In this document: piece by piece, positions 1 through 8,133 of the stretch
Layout of the letters: each line of letters opens with the position of its first letter
How positions within the stretch are numbered: the stretch's first letter is position 1
IMG/VR virus record: IMGVR_UViG_3300020474_000008
Coordinates: 5,603 to 69,602 of that record
Length of the DNA stretch: 64,000 bases
Origin: a virus
Strand: one strand, 5' to 3'
Notes under the pieces: model-generated
Told to the model about the DNA's origin: nothing
Seen by the model: only the letters and a program-made list of their open reading frames with translations
Database searches by the model: none
Position numbers and translations under genes: made by a program

Positions 1-6
1 TTTGTC

Positions 7-207
7 TCATTTTGTTAATTTAATAAAGATCATAAGGGCAGCAAGAAGAAGAACAACAAAAGAAACATTACTCCAAGTGAGCACAGAAGAGTCTCCAACT
101 TTGACTGGACCTAACTCCAAGTCTGCTGGTTGAGTAATGGTTTGTTCAATCTGCAAACCCTCAATATTTGTACCCTCTGGTGCATTGATTGTAATGTTTT
201 TTGTCAT
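7..207 (-). CDS. hypothetical protein with C-terminal transmembrane helix
   Basis: 66-aa ORF coupled to the upstream nuclease gene; hydrophobic C-terminus. Confidence 0.6.
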   Translation of the reverse strand: MTKNITINAPEGTNIEGLQIEQTITQPADLELGPVKVGDSSVLTWSNVSFVVLLLAALMIFIKLTK

Positions 208-665
208 TCAACTAACGTACCAAGGGCACGACGAATTTCACGTAGTTGTTCAAAGTCTTTCTGCTTAGTGCCACCATCATATGCCCAGGCATATCCTTCT
301 TCAATCATTTCTTCGTTGAGTGACACCAGTGAGTCCCCAATGTATAACCAGCCAAGAAGACGCCCATATTTGCCAACCCCGCCAACAAGTTCAGTCCTAA
401 TAATAAGGTCATCATCACCAGCCACCGCACCTTCCAGTTTTTCTTTGAGCCAGTTGGTTGCGTCGTATCCAAGTGCTTTCTCCTCTAAGTCTCTGGTACG
501 TTTTTCAGGTGTATCTACACCTGCAACTCTTACTCTTTCTTTCTTAGATAAGTCAAAACCCAAGTCAATTGTTACATCAATAGTATCACCATCAACTACC
601 CTGTTGATCTCTACTACTCTGAAGTTGTAACAACTCTTCCTGCTGGGTGGCACCATTGCTCCCAT
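204..665 (-). CDS. thermonuclease (SNase-like) family nuclease
   Basis: Motifs RVVDGDTIDV, RVAGVDTPE, GKYGRLLG, LNEEMIEEGYAWAY; start placed at MGAMVPP. Confidence 0.88.
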   Translation of the reverse strand: MGAMVPPSRKSCYNFRVVEINRVVDGDTIDVTIDLGFDLSKKERVRVAGVDTPEKRTRDLEEKALGYDATNWLKEKLEGAVAGDDDLIIRTELVGGVGKYGRLLGWLYIGDSLVSLNEEMIEEGYAWAYDGGTKQKDFEQLREIRRALGTLVE

Positions 666-795
666 TTTCCCTCTCATCTATGCCTAATATATAGACAACT
701 ATGTATAGCACCGCACATAAAAGTATTGCTATCATAATAATTACACTCCATACTGGATCATTTGGATCTTGAAGTGGTCTCAGTAGTAAATTCAT
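592..795 (-). CDS. small membrane protein
   Basis: 67-aa ORF, single TM segment, ATGA overlap with the upstream ORF. Confidence 0.55.
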   Translation of the reverse strand: MNLLLRPLQDPNDPVWSVIIMIAILLCAVLYIVVYILGIDERENGSNGATQQEELLQLQSSRDQQGS

Positions 796-962
796 TTATC
801 TTTCAATATATTTTCTATTACTCTTCTTGTATCTTCTGACTTCTTCTTCTCTCTTTCACAATGCTTATAACCTTTCTTTCCATGAAAGATTAAATGACCC
901 TGATATATCATGGTCAGACCAAAAACAAATAGTAATATGGTCCCAAAAAGTTCCAGACTCAT
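792..962 (-). CDS. small membrane protein (56 aa, not in ORF track)
   Basis: Manual translation MSLELFGTILLFVFGLTMIYQGHLIFHGKKGY...; ATGA overlaps at both ends. Confidence 0.55.
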   Translation of the reverse strand: MSLELFGTILLFVFGLTMIYQGHLIFHGKKGYKHCEREKKKSEDTRRVIENILKDK

Positions 963-1108
963 GGGTTCCTAGGGTTCATCCCTAATGATTTGAGATATTC
1001 AATCCACCAGTCAGCATCCTTCATGTACCTCCAATTAGGTACATTCTCTCCACGTTCTACCACATAGTATTGGTAGAGAGCATCATCTATAATCTGTGCG
1101 ATCTCCAT
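959..1108 (-). CDS. hypothetical protein
   Basis: MEIAQIIDDALYQYY...; start shortened to reduce overlap with the upstream gene. Confidence 0.55.
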   Translation of the reverse strand: MEIAQIIDDALYQYYVVERGENVPNWRYMKDADWWIEYLKSLGMNPRNP

Positions 1109-1292
1109 ATTCTTCTTCCTCCTCATCAACGTCTGCATATGCATCTGCCAAGTAGGGTCCATGGGGTTTTCTGGATTCTGCTTTGACGTATCTTCGTTCA
1201 TTGTTTGCTGCTGTAATCCACAAACTCAATTTCATTACAATCCATATGATGCCAAGGGGAAGAAAACATAATACTAATACAAGAGGTTTCAT
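1083..1292 (-). CDS. small membrane protein with acidic tail
   Basis: 69-aa ORF, N-terminal TM, coupled to neighbours. Confidence 0.6.
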   Translation of the reverse strand: MKPLVLVLCFLPLGIIWIVMKLSLWITAANNERRYVKAESRKPHGPYLADAYADVDEEEEEYGDRTDYR

Positions 1293-1447
1293 TCGTGTGC
1301 CTTTCCAAATGGCTCCCAGTGTTCCCAGCCATATTTATGAACTGCCCACATACCAAGTATGGGTACAAACACAAGGAGTATACAAAGTGTGCCTAGTGAT
1401 ACTGGATTGTTGAGAACATGTGCTGCAAAATGTGCTAGGTTATGCAT
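1289..1447 (-). CDS. small membrane protein (52 aa, not in ORF track)
   Basis: Manual translation MHNLAHFAAHVLNNPVSLGTLCILLVFVPILGMWAVHKYGWEHWEPFGKAHE; fills the gap and overlaps both neighbours. Confidence 0.6.
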   Translation of the reverse strand: MHNLAHFAAHVLNNPVSLGTLCILLVFVPILGMWAVHKYGWEHWEPFGKAHE

Positions 1448-1613
1448 CTTCTTCCTCGTGATGATCGTAGGTTAATCTGCAATCCCAAAAGTAATCCTCT
1501 TCCCATTCAGGTTCATAAAGAGGACAAGGTTCCTCAAACAAATGAGCCATTCTAAGTTGTTTGATTCTTTCTCTAAGAGATTTGTGAAACTCTCTCTTTT
1601 CTTCTGGGTTCAT
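1440..1613 (-). CDS. hypothetical protein
   Basis: MNPEEKREFHKSL...; ATGA-coupled to the zwf stop. Confidence 0.5.
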   Translation of the reverse strand: MNPEEKREFHKSLRERIKQLRMAHLFEEPCPLYEPEWEEDYFWDCRLTYDHHEEEDA

Positions 1614-2950
1614 TCTGGGAAATCCCATTTGGTGATGGTGTTTACTTTGTGTTCTGGACCCCAACCTTCCAAATAGATGTATGGTGTGGTTCTTATGGGA
1701 CAATGTTCACCAACACATAACAAATCATCAACAATCCTCCAAGATTCTAACACTTCTTCAGCATGAACGAAGTGTGATTGGTCACCATTCATGGCATCAT
1801 AGAAAAGTTTTTCATATCCATCCACAGCACCTTTTGGATAAGGATGAGTCAGGGTTGCTGTCTCTACCTTATCATTCAACCCAGGAGATTTGATATCAAT
1901 ACGAATATCAAGATGAGGGTTAGGTTGCAGACGCATAACAATACGGTCATTGAATTCATGTCCTGGAAATAGATTGAGTGGTGGTTCTTTGAGTTTGATG
2001 ACTACCTCTGTACAAGAGTAAGGCATCTTCTTACCAGTCATGAAGTTAAAAGGAACCCCCTTCCAACGCCAGTTATTGACGTGAAGAGAACCAGCAACGT
2101 AGGTAGGAGTGTTACTGAAAGGATCAACGCCCTCTTCATTACGATAACCATCGTATTGTCCACAAATCAGGTCCTCCCCTAAACTAGTTGCTGCTAATAC
2201 TTTAACTTTTTCTCTTCTAATTTCTGTTGCATCATTCCTGCAAGGTGCTTCCATAGCAATCAATGACAAAATTTGGAGCATATGATTCTGTAACATATCT
2301 CTCACAGCACCAGCAGTGTCATAGTATTGTGACCTTCCCTCACAACCAATGGTTTCAGTGGCAAAGATTTGGACTTCCTCTATATAATTCCTATTCCAAA
2401 GGGGCTCCAAAAGAGTGTTACTAAACCTAGTAGTAAGTATATTATTAACAGTATCTTTGCCAAGATAATGATCAATGCGATATACTTGTTTCTCGCGTAG
2501 ACATCCGCTAACCACTGACTGTAAATGATTAGCAGATTGAAGATCCACCCCAAAAGGTTTCTCAATAACGACTCTTGTTTTTTCTGGGTCATTTAGTAAT
2601 CCTGCTGCTTTAAGGTTTACTATGGCATCAGCATATCTGTCTGGTGGTACAGACAAAAAGAATGTCATGTCATCTGTGACAGGTATTGATCTAAGGGTAT
2701 CAACATCACTTAAATCACATTGATGATAGTCCATCTTTAATGACAGACCAGCCTCATAATATGCATCAAGACTTTCCAACCAGGATTGTCTTGTATGTTC
2801 TCTTCTTGCTGCTCCAATAATCTTATAATTTTCAGGAAGCAAATTCTTTTGATACAGTTTATTCAGTGCAGGAATTAGTTTCCTTCTGCACAGGTCACCA
2901 GTTGCCCCAAAGATGACAAGGGTTTTAGTGGGCTGTTCCATTTCCATCAT
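1610..2950 (-). CDS. zwf: glucose-6-phosphate 1-dehydrogenase
   Basis: GATGDL, EKPFG, YRIDHYLGK, RDMLQNH motifs; true start probably 2941-2950 rather than 3043. Confidence 0.97.
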   Translation of the reverse strand: MMEMEQPTKTLVIFGATGDLCRRKLIPALNKLYQKNLLPENYKIIGAARREHTRQSWLESLDAYYEAGLSLKMDYHQCDLSDVDTLRSIPVTDDMTFFLSVPPDRYADAIVNLKAAGLLNDPEKTRVVIEKPFGVDLQSANHLQSVVSGCLREKQVYRIDHYLGKDTVNNILTTRFSNTLLEPLWNRNYIEEVQIFATETIGCEGRSQYYDTAGAVRDMLQNHMLQILSLIAMEAPCRNDATEIRREKVKVLAATSLGEDLICGQYDGYRNEEGVDPFSNTPTYVAGSLHVNNWRWKGVPFNFMTGKKMPYSCTEVVIKLKEPPLNLFPGHEFNDRIVMRLQPNPHLDIRIDIKSPGLNDKVETATLTHPYPKGAVDGYEKLFYDAMNGDQSHFVHAEEVLESWRIVDDLLCVGEHCPIRTTPYIYLEGWGPEHKVNTITKWDFPE

Positions 2951-3053
2951 ACTTATCCGACTCGTAGTAGACATTCTCACCTTTTCGTATCCCGAAATAT
3001 ATCGTGGATAATACAAAGGGTATTGCCAGGATTGCAAGGGCATCAGCGAACAT
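2925..3053 (-). CDS. ndhP: NdhP-like NDH-1 small subunit (42 aa, not in ORF track)
   Basis: MFADALAILAIPFVLSTIYFGIRKGENVYYESDKYDGNGTAH: one TM followed by FG..G..Y.SD.Y.GNG.AH, matching the cyanobacterial NdhP C-terminus as recalled. Confidence 0.75.
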   Translation of the reverse strand: MFADALAILAIPFVLSTIYFGIRKGENVYYESDKYDGNGTAH

Positions 3054-4083
3054 TATGCCCCCCAAACATATACCTCATTCCATTTAGGATCTTGTTAGCA
3101 AAGTTCCCAAGTCCTCTTGAATTGAACCTCTCAAATAAGGCGGTAGTAATGACAGGAGCAGGAACCCCAAGATCAACAGCAGCATTGACAGTCCAACGAC
3201 CTTCACCACTATCGCTAACTCCCCCACCGTACTTGCTAAGCTCAGGATCGCTCCGTAATACATCAGCAGTGAGATCAAGTAACCAGCTACCAACAACACT
3301 GCCACGACGCCACAACTCAGCAACCTCAGCGACATCAATGTCATACTGATAATTTTGGGGGTCGGACATGGGAGCCACTTCGGCATCACCCTCAACCACA
3401 TAAGCTCTTCCTGCATCTGCTGCTTGAAGTATGTTAAAGCCCTCTGCGTATGCTTGCATGATACCATATTCAATACCATTGTGTACCATCTTTACAAAGT
3501 GTCCTGCACCTGCTGGTCCACAATGTAACCAACCATACTCAGCACTGGTAGCACGACTCATAGGATCGGTGCGGGTGGCACCTGATATACCTGGGGAGAG
3601 TGCTCTGAAAATGGGGGCACATACAGATACTGCTGTATTTGTACCACCAACCATAAGACAATATCCACGGTCAAGACCATAAACACCACCACTAGTGCCA
3701 CAGTCAATGTATTGGATGCCAAGCTTTTCCAACCTTTCTGCTCTCCTGCGAGAATCCTTAAAGTTGCTATTGCCATGATCAATAATAATATCACCCTCAG
3801 TACAATGCTGTAAAAGCTCATTGATAGTGTCCTCAACGTTTTCTGCTGGCACAACCATCATAAAGATGCCAGTTCCAGGGTGATCATATGTCCCAGTTCC
3901 AGTCTTTACTGCTTGAACTAGTTCCTTAATACCAACTGTAACACCATCCACATATCCATTCTCATATGCTTCCTGTGCTTTGTCATAATTTCTTCTGTAA
4001 CCCCAGACTTGAATCTCTTGGGACATCATCCTTCGTGACATGCCTTCGCCCATACGACCAAGACCAATCAACCCTACCTTCAT
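3043..4083 (-). CDS. gnd: 6-phosphogluconate dehydrogenase, decarboxylating
   Basis: GLIGLGRMG, DHGNS, DCGTSGG, GHFVKMVHNGIEYG, DSGEGRWT. Confidence 0.97.
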   Translation of the reverse strand: MKVGLIGLGRMGEGMSRRMMSQEIQVWGYRRNYDKAQEAYENGYVDGVTVGIKELVQAVKTGTGTYDHPGTGIFMMVVPAENVEDTINELLQHCTEGDIIIDHGNSNFKDSRRRAERLEKLGIQYIDCGTSGGVYGLDRGYCLMVGGTNTAVSVCAPIFRALSPGISGATRTDPMSRATSAEYGWLHCGPAGAGHFVKMVHNGIEYGIMQAYAEGFNILQAADAGRAYVVEGDAEVAPMSDPQNYQYDIDVAEVAELWRRGSVVGSWLLDLTADVLRSDPELSKYGGGVSDSGEGRWTVNAAVDLGVPAPVITTALFERFNSRGLGNFANKILNGMRYMFGGHNVR

Positions 4084-4319
4084 CTAATCCTCTCAACAAT
4101 TTTTTCAACTATGTCTATGTCTATCCCCATAAATGGTGGTACAATACCTAACAGTCTTAACAGACCATCAAGGAACAAAGCAAGAACTATTGTTCCTAAG
4201 ATCATACTTATGATAGACGCTGTGTGATTATGCTGTCTAATTGCAGCTGCTATCATCTCTTCCACCTCTTCCCTTGATATAGGGTGAGGTGGTTTTATTT
4301 CTTCAAATCTGTGAGACAT
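4080..4319 (-). CDS. small membrane protein
   Basis: 79-aa ORF with a hydrophobic segment, coupled to gnd. Confidence 0.6.
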   Translation of the reverse strand: MSHRFEEIKPPHPISREEVEEMIAAAIRQHNHTASIISMILGTIVLALFLDGLLRLLGIVPPFMGIDIDIVEKIVERIR

Positions 4320-4792
4320 TATCGGAAAAAGAGTTTGACACCTGCTGCAATTCTACCATCACCTAAGTCATATGTAGGTGCGATATACTCAGTGAAAAAC
4401 TTAATGTCTTGACCTCCTAACTCAATACCAGCACTGGTGAGTACGCCTTTTTCTACCTTATCAGTATCCCAATATGTATTAGCAGAGATGCCCAAATATG
4501 CTGTGGTAGAGGGTGTAACTGGTGCTAGAAATTTCACACCAGCATGGTTAAGTCCTGGGTGGTCACTACTCATTTTTGGTGATGATTGATGCTCAAAAAA
4601 TAGTCTGACATTCTCATGGATGTCTGTTTGAATACCATAATAACCAATGGGTTCTTTCAACCTAATAAATTCCTGTTCATATGGTGAATAATTCATACCA
4701 ACATATGTTTCTATGTTGGTAGGAGTTAACCACCCTGTACCTATTGTTGTCAGCAAACCAATTGCTGACCAAAGACCAAATCCTTCAATCAT
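4319..4792 (-). CDS. putative small outer-membrane beta-barrel-like protein
   Basis: Hydrophobic N-terminus, alternating beta-strand pattern, C-terminal AGVKLFFR. Confidence 0.5.
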   Translation of the reverse strand: MIEGFGLWSAIGLLTTIGTGWLTPTNIETYVGMNYSPYEQEFIRLKEPIGYYGIQTDIHENVRLFFEHQSSPKMSSDHPGLNHAGVKFLAPVTPSTTAYLGISANTYWDTDKVEKGVLTSAGIELGGQDIKFFTEYIAPTYDLGDGRIAAGVKLFFR

Positions 4793-5115
4793 TTTTTGTC
4801 TATTGTAGAGACGACTGGTAGCTCTTCTTTCTTCTTAGCAATAGTAGGAGCAGATGAACCTGAGTTATTACCATTTCCATCTTTACTTTGCTTAGCAGGA
4901 CTGACCCCAAAGGTAGCTAAAGTACCGGTAAAAATCGAAGCGATGAAAGTTGGATCAATTTTCTGTTGTGGTAACCAGGGAATTGTAATATAGTTCAACG
5001 TAAGAATGCCACCTGACCAGACTAGTATAACAAGTCTGACCAAAGTGGCAACTCCTTCTTCATGCCATTGATATTCATCTTGATCTGAAGACTTTTTCAT
5101 AGATCTCTTGAACAT
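4789..5115 (-). CDS. two-TM membrane protein
   Basis: 108-aa ORF; TM segments flank KIDPTFIAS. Confidence 0.6.
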   Translation of the reverse strand: MFKRSMKKSSDQDEYQWHEEGVATLVRLVILVWSGGILTLNYITIPWLPQQKIDPTFIASIFTGTLATFGVSPAKQSKDGNGNNSGSSAPTIAKKKEELPVVSTIDKK

Positions 5116-5144
5116 GGCTGATATTATTTATTTTTAAGGTAACT

Positions 5145-5264
5145 CTAACCCCTCTCTAAGACAGGTGTCATCAAGCCTTTGTCAGGACCACCACCATCAT
5201 CATCATCTTGAAATTGTGAGAAGAGAACAAAGGCAAATACTAATGTAGCAGCAGTCATTAACAT
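5145..5264 (-). CDS. small TM peptide with DDDDGGG motif
   Basis: MLMTAATLVFAFVLFSQFQDDDDGGGPDKGLMTPVLERG; TGATG-coupled to hli. Confidence 0.45.
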   Translation of the reverse strand: MLMTAATLVFAFVLFSQFQDDDDGGGPDKGLMTPVLERG

Positions 5265-5374
5265 CAGAAGATACCAGGAATGATTTGTCCTGTCACTGCA
5301 TAGGATCCCATTGCTGCAACAACGCCAATCATTGCTGCCCATCCATTGATTCTTTCTGCTTTTTCATTAAACAT
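5264..5374 (-). CDS. hli: high-light inducible protein (36 aa, not in ORF track)
   Basis: MFNEKAERINGWAAMIGVVAAMGSYAVTGQIIPGIF: AExxNG core plus TGQIIPGIF tail typical of phage and multicopy HLIPs. Confidence 0.92.
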   Translation of the reverse strand: MFNEKAERINGWAAMIGVVAAMGSYAVTGQIIPGIF

Positions 5375-5413
5375 TGTTCTTTCTCCTTGTTAAAGTTAAT
5401 TTGTGGCCAAGTA

Positions 5414-5632
5414 TCACGTATGATCTCTGCCAATTTGTAGGGTGTAATTGTTGAGATCACTGGGTGTATTCTCGTAGATGGAGGAATCTCCATAGGTTTT
5501 GTGGTCTTTGTATCCAACCATCCTTCCCTTTGTGTTTTGAAGAGCAGGCATGAATACAATGAAAAAGAAAACTCCTGGTGCTCCTACAAAAAGGAGCAGC
5601 ACAATCACATAGTAAGTAAGAAGTTCAATCAT
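5414..5632 (-). CDS. small membrane protein
   Basis: 72-aa ORF with N-terminal TM, TGATG-coupled to hli. Confidence 0.6.
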   Translation of the reverse strand: MIELLTYYVIVLLLFVGAPGVFFFIVFMPALQNTKGRMVGYKDHKTYGDSSIYENTPSDLNNYTLQIGRDHT

Positions 5633-5850
5633 CAGAATCCAAAGGCACCAAAGAAAAATACACTACCACTAAAAGTATAGCTGACAAGAGCAGCAACAAA
5701 TCCAAGCATAGCAGTGCGTCCATTCAACTTCTCTGCCCTCTCAGCATAGGTTTCGTATCCATAACGCTCAGCATCAGTCTTTGAAACATACATCTGAGGT
5801 TCTTTGGCGAACATGTTCTGTTGGCCAAGCTCATTAGTTGTAACAGTCAT
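5632..5850 (-). CDS. hli: high-light inducible protein
   Basis: NMFAKEP...AEKLNGRTAMLGF HLIP motif. Confidence 0.92.
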   Translation of the reverse strand: MTVTTNELGQQNMFAKEPQMYVSKTDAERYGYETYAERAEKLNGRTAMLGFVAALVSYTFSGSVFFFGAFGF

Positions 5851-5878
5851 TTTACAATGTGTTATAAATCTTTACATA
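5851..5878. promoter_or_regulatory. HLR1-like (RpaB) direct-repeat site
   Basis: TTTACAAT-gt-GTTATAAA-tc-TTTACATA, 10-bp period, versus consensus (G/T)TTACA(T/A)(T/A)-N2 repeat; lies between the -10 box and the hli ATG. Confidence 0.6.
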
Positions 5879-5906
5879 TTATATATAAAAAAAATGAGGC
5901 TGTCAA
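5878..5906 (-). promoter_or_regulatory. sigma70-type promoter for hli
   Basis: TTGACA-N17-TATAAT perfect consensus. Confidence 0.85.
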
Positions 5907-6097
5907 GCCTCATCAGTCTGAGATTGTATCCTTCCTAACTCTTTGAGAACAAGCATGTGTTCATTCTCTAATGCTTCTATCCTGTATTGAAGCTTCTCAA
6001 CCAGAGTATAGATGTCTTGCACCTCTGAAATGTTCTGTTGACCCCTGTCAGAGTCATCATAGAACCATTCCAACATCTTCTTAACTTTCTTCTTCAT
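5903..6097 (-). CDS. hypothetical coiled-coil protein
   Basis: 64-aa ORF overlapping the pstS stop. Confidence 0.55.
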   Translation of the reverse strand: MKKKVKKMLEWFYDDSDRGQQNISEVQDIYTLVEKLQYRIEALENEHMLVLKELGRIQSQTDEA

Positions 6098-7067
6098 TGA
6101 TTGTTTCTACTGCTTTGAGGGACTTTTGACGTAGGTCTTCTGGTAAAGGAACAAAACCTAGAGAATCAGACTTTGCCTGAGACTCTTCACTCAACATATA
6201 ACGTAGAGTTTCCTTCACACCAGGTTTGGATTCAGGATAAGCAAGGATCCAAGTTAATGAAACAATAGGATAGGAGTTAGCACCTTCTGGATTGGGATCT
6301 GCTCCTCTCAGTTTATCATCAAGGACAATCTTGGAAAGACCAGAAGCAGAAGTCTCTGCATTTGCTATAACAAAGTTACCTGCTTTGTTTTGTAAAGTGA
6401 CTTGTCTTAGATCACCATTCTTTACATATCCATAATTTACATATCCAATGGCACCAAACTGACCTTGTACCTGTGCTGCTACACCAGAGTTTCCTTTTGC
6501 ACCAACACCAACAGGCCAACTAACTGCCTTACCTGTACCCACATTCTTCTTCCATTCAGGGGAGAATGCAGACAATGAATTAGTAAATCCTTTGGTAGTA
6601 CCTGAACCATCTGAACGATAGACCACAAGGATATTACGATCAGGACAACCAAACTCTTTCCAGTTGGTAATCTTGCCAAGATAGACATCAGCAAGTTGTG
6701 TCTGAGTCATCTTTACTTCTTCACACTCTGGGTTGAAGTATGCTGGGACAATAGCACCACCAGTCATGGGGATTTGAACCATACCAGAGGGAGGAAGGTC
6801 TTTATCTTTTACAGCACCATCTGAGGCACCAAAGTCAATAGTATTAGCCTTGAACTGACGTACACCAGCACCACTACCAACTGCTTGATAGTTGATTTGG
6901 TTTCCAGTTTCCCTGGAAAATGCCATTAACCAAGAGTTATAAAGTGAAGAAGGAAAGGTAGCACCTGCTCCATTTAGTTTAAACGTTTCTGCTTTCTCTG
7001 TGGAAGAACCACAGGCAACCATGAGAGGGGTGGCAGCAATAACTGCTGCGAGTGCTTTGAGTTTCAT
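6081..7067 (-). CDS. pstS: phosphate ABC transporter substrate-binding lipoprotein
   Basis: Lipobox MVAC, GAGATFP, YQAVGSGAG, DFGASD, RSDGSGTT, YPIVSLTW. Confidence 0.97.
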   Translation of the reverse strand: MKLKALAAVIAATPLMVACGSSTEKAETFKLNGAGATFPSSLYNSWLMAFSRETGNQINYQAVGSGAGVRQFKANTIDFGASDGAVKDKDLPPSGMVQIPMTGGAIVPAYFNPECEEVKMTQTQLADVYLGKITNWKEFGCPDRNILVVYRSDGSGTTKGFTNSLSAFSPEWKKNVGTGKAVSWPVGVGAKGNSGVAAQVQGQFGAIGYVNYGYVKNGDLRQVTLQNKAGNFVIANAETSASGLSKIVLDDKLRGADPNPEGANSYPIVSLTWILAYPESKPGVKETLRYMLSEESQAKSDSLGFVPLPEDLRQKSLKAVETINEEES

Positions 7068-7077
7068 TTATTTCCTA

Positions 7078-7446
7078 TCAGAACTTGTACTTGGTGCCGA
7101 CTTCAAACTTCCAATCGCGGGCTTCATCCTCACCCCACTTGTGTTCAAACTTTGCCTTTGCAGAAAGTTTTTCAGTAATGGGGATTGATGCACCAACTTC
7201 AGCAACAGTGAAGGTATCTCCATCAAAGACTTCTACACCATCAGCAGCGGAGAGACCACCACCAACTTCAACGTATGGTTTGATACCACTTTCAAGTTTC
7301 CACCCATAACCCAGGCGTCCTTGATGAACTGTTTTAGCATACCCTTCCTCGTCACCCTTGAATTCAGATTTGGTGGATACGTATGGACCTGCCATTGCTG
7401 GGGCGGTAACCGCCAAACCAAGCAGGGCAACTGCGAATGCTTTCAT
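7078..7446 (-). CDS. small outer-membrane beta-barrel-like protein
   Basis: Signal peptide ending AMA, then GPYV, amphipathic strands, C-terminal GTKYKF. Confidence 0.75.
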   Translation of the reverse strand: MKAFAVALLGLAVTAPAMAGPYVSTKSEFKGDEEGYAKTVHQGRLGYGWKLESGIKPYVEVGGGLSAADGVEVFDGDTFTVAEVGASIPITEKLSAKAKFEHKWGEDEARDWKFEVGTKYKF

Positions 7447-7545
7447 TTGTTTGTACCTTTGTGTTTTGTACTTGAATATCTTAACTTAACCTGAAGTCTA
7501 TGTCCACTAAGAAGTAATTAAGAAAGACCTCCTAATATATTGGCA

Positions 7546-7564
7546 AGGTTAATCCAAATTTAAC
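7546..7564 (-). promoter_or_regulatory. cyanobacterial-type Pho box candidate
   Basis: GTTAAATT-tgg-ATTAACCT, 11-bp period, versus PyTTAAPyPy(T/A); a second weaker pair CTTAATTA-ctt-CTTAGTGG at 7504-7522; upstream of OMP-pstS. Confidence 0.6.
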
Positions 7565-7566
7565 CA

Positions 7567-7595
7567 TAAAAAAACCTCCCCATAAAGAGGAGGTT
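7567..7595 (-). terminator. intrinsic terminator
   Basis: AACCTCCTC-TTTAT-GGGGGAGGTT hairpin followed by a T tract. Confidence 0.75.
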
Positions 7596-7616
7596 AGGAT
7601 ATTAAGATATCAGATA

Positions 7617-7988
7617 TCAGAAGCTGTACTTGACTCCAAGCTTACCACCCAGACCAAAGTCATCATCGTCATCAGCAGTCAGGAATGAAACCTCACCATA
7701 GACTCCAAGGGCATCAGAGACAGGCAGGCCAAGACCAACTTTACCAGAGAACTGGGTATCAGTGTCTTCACCATCAACAGCGACGATGGCAGGACCAGCC
7801 TGGATATAGTAGCCAGCACCACCTTCACCCAGGGCACCTTCGTAGCCTACGTGGATGTCAGTAGTTGCACCAGAGTAATCATCGCCAACCCAACCAGCAT
7901 TGGTTTCTACATTAACGTAGGGACCTGCAAGGGCAGCGCCAGCGGACATGGACAGAGCAGCGGTGGCTGCGAATACAGATTTAAACAT
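7617..7988 (-). CDS. small outer-membrane beta-barrel-like protein
   Basis: Signal peptide ending ALA, then GPYV, C-terminal LGVKYSF; resembles 7078..7446. Confidence 0.75.
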   Translation of the reverse strand: MFKSVFAATAALSMSAGAALAGPYVNVETNAGWVGDDYSGATTDIHVGYEGALGEGGAGYYIQAGPAIVAVDGEDTDTQFSGKVGLGLPVSDALGVYGEVSFLTADDDDDFGLGGKLGVKYSF

Positions 7989-8004
7989 TTTTGTTACCTA
8001 TTGT

Positions 8005-8094
8005 GTCTCGTAGAGTTTAACCTACGGATGAAAAGGACCTCGACGTGGTCCTGTTTGTTTCCTTTTGTTACTTTAATTACTGAAAGACAAAAGG
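8005..8094 (-). ncRNA. three-hairpin structured 5' leader (candidate cis-regulatory RNA)
   Basis: Stems CCTTTTGT/ACAAAAGG, AGGACC/GGTCCT and CGTAG/CTACG between the promoter and the ATG. Confidence 0.45.
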
Positions 8095-8099
8095 TTAAG

Positions 8100-8133
8100 T
8101 ATTTATACTAGCAGACAAGTTCAATTCTGTCAA
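8100..8133 (-). promoter_or_regulatory. overlapping sigma70-type and T4 late promoters
   Basis: TTGACA-N17-TAGTAT overlapping TATAAATA. Confidence 0.75.

Noticed and set aside
2951-3043. N-terminal extension of Zwf
   Set aside because: Better explained by the overlapping ndhP-like ORF in another frame
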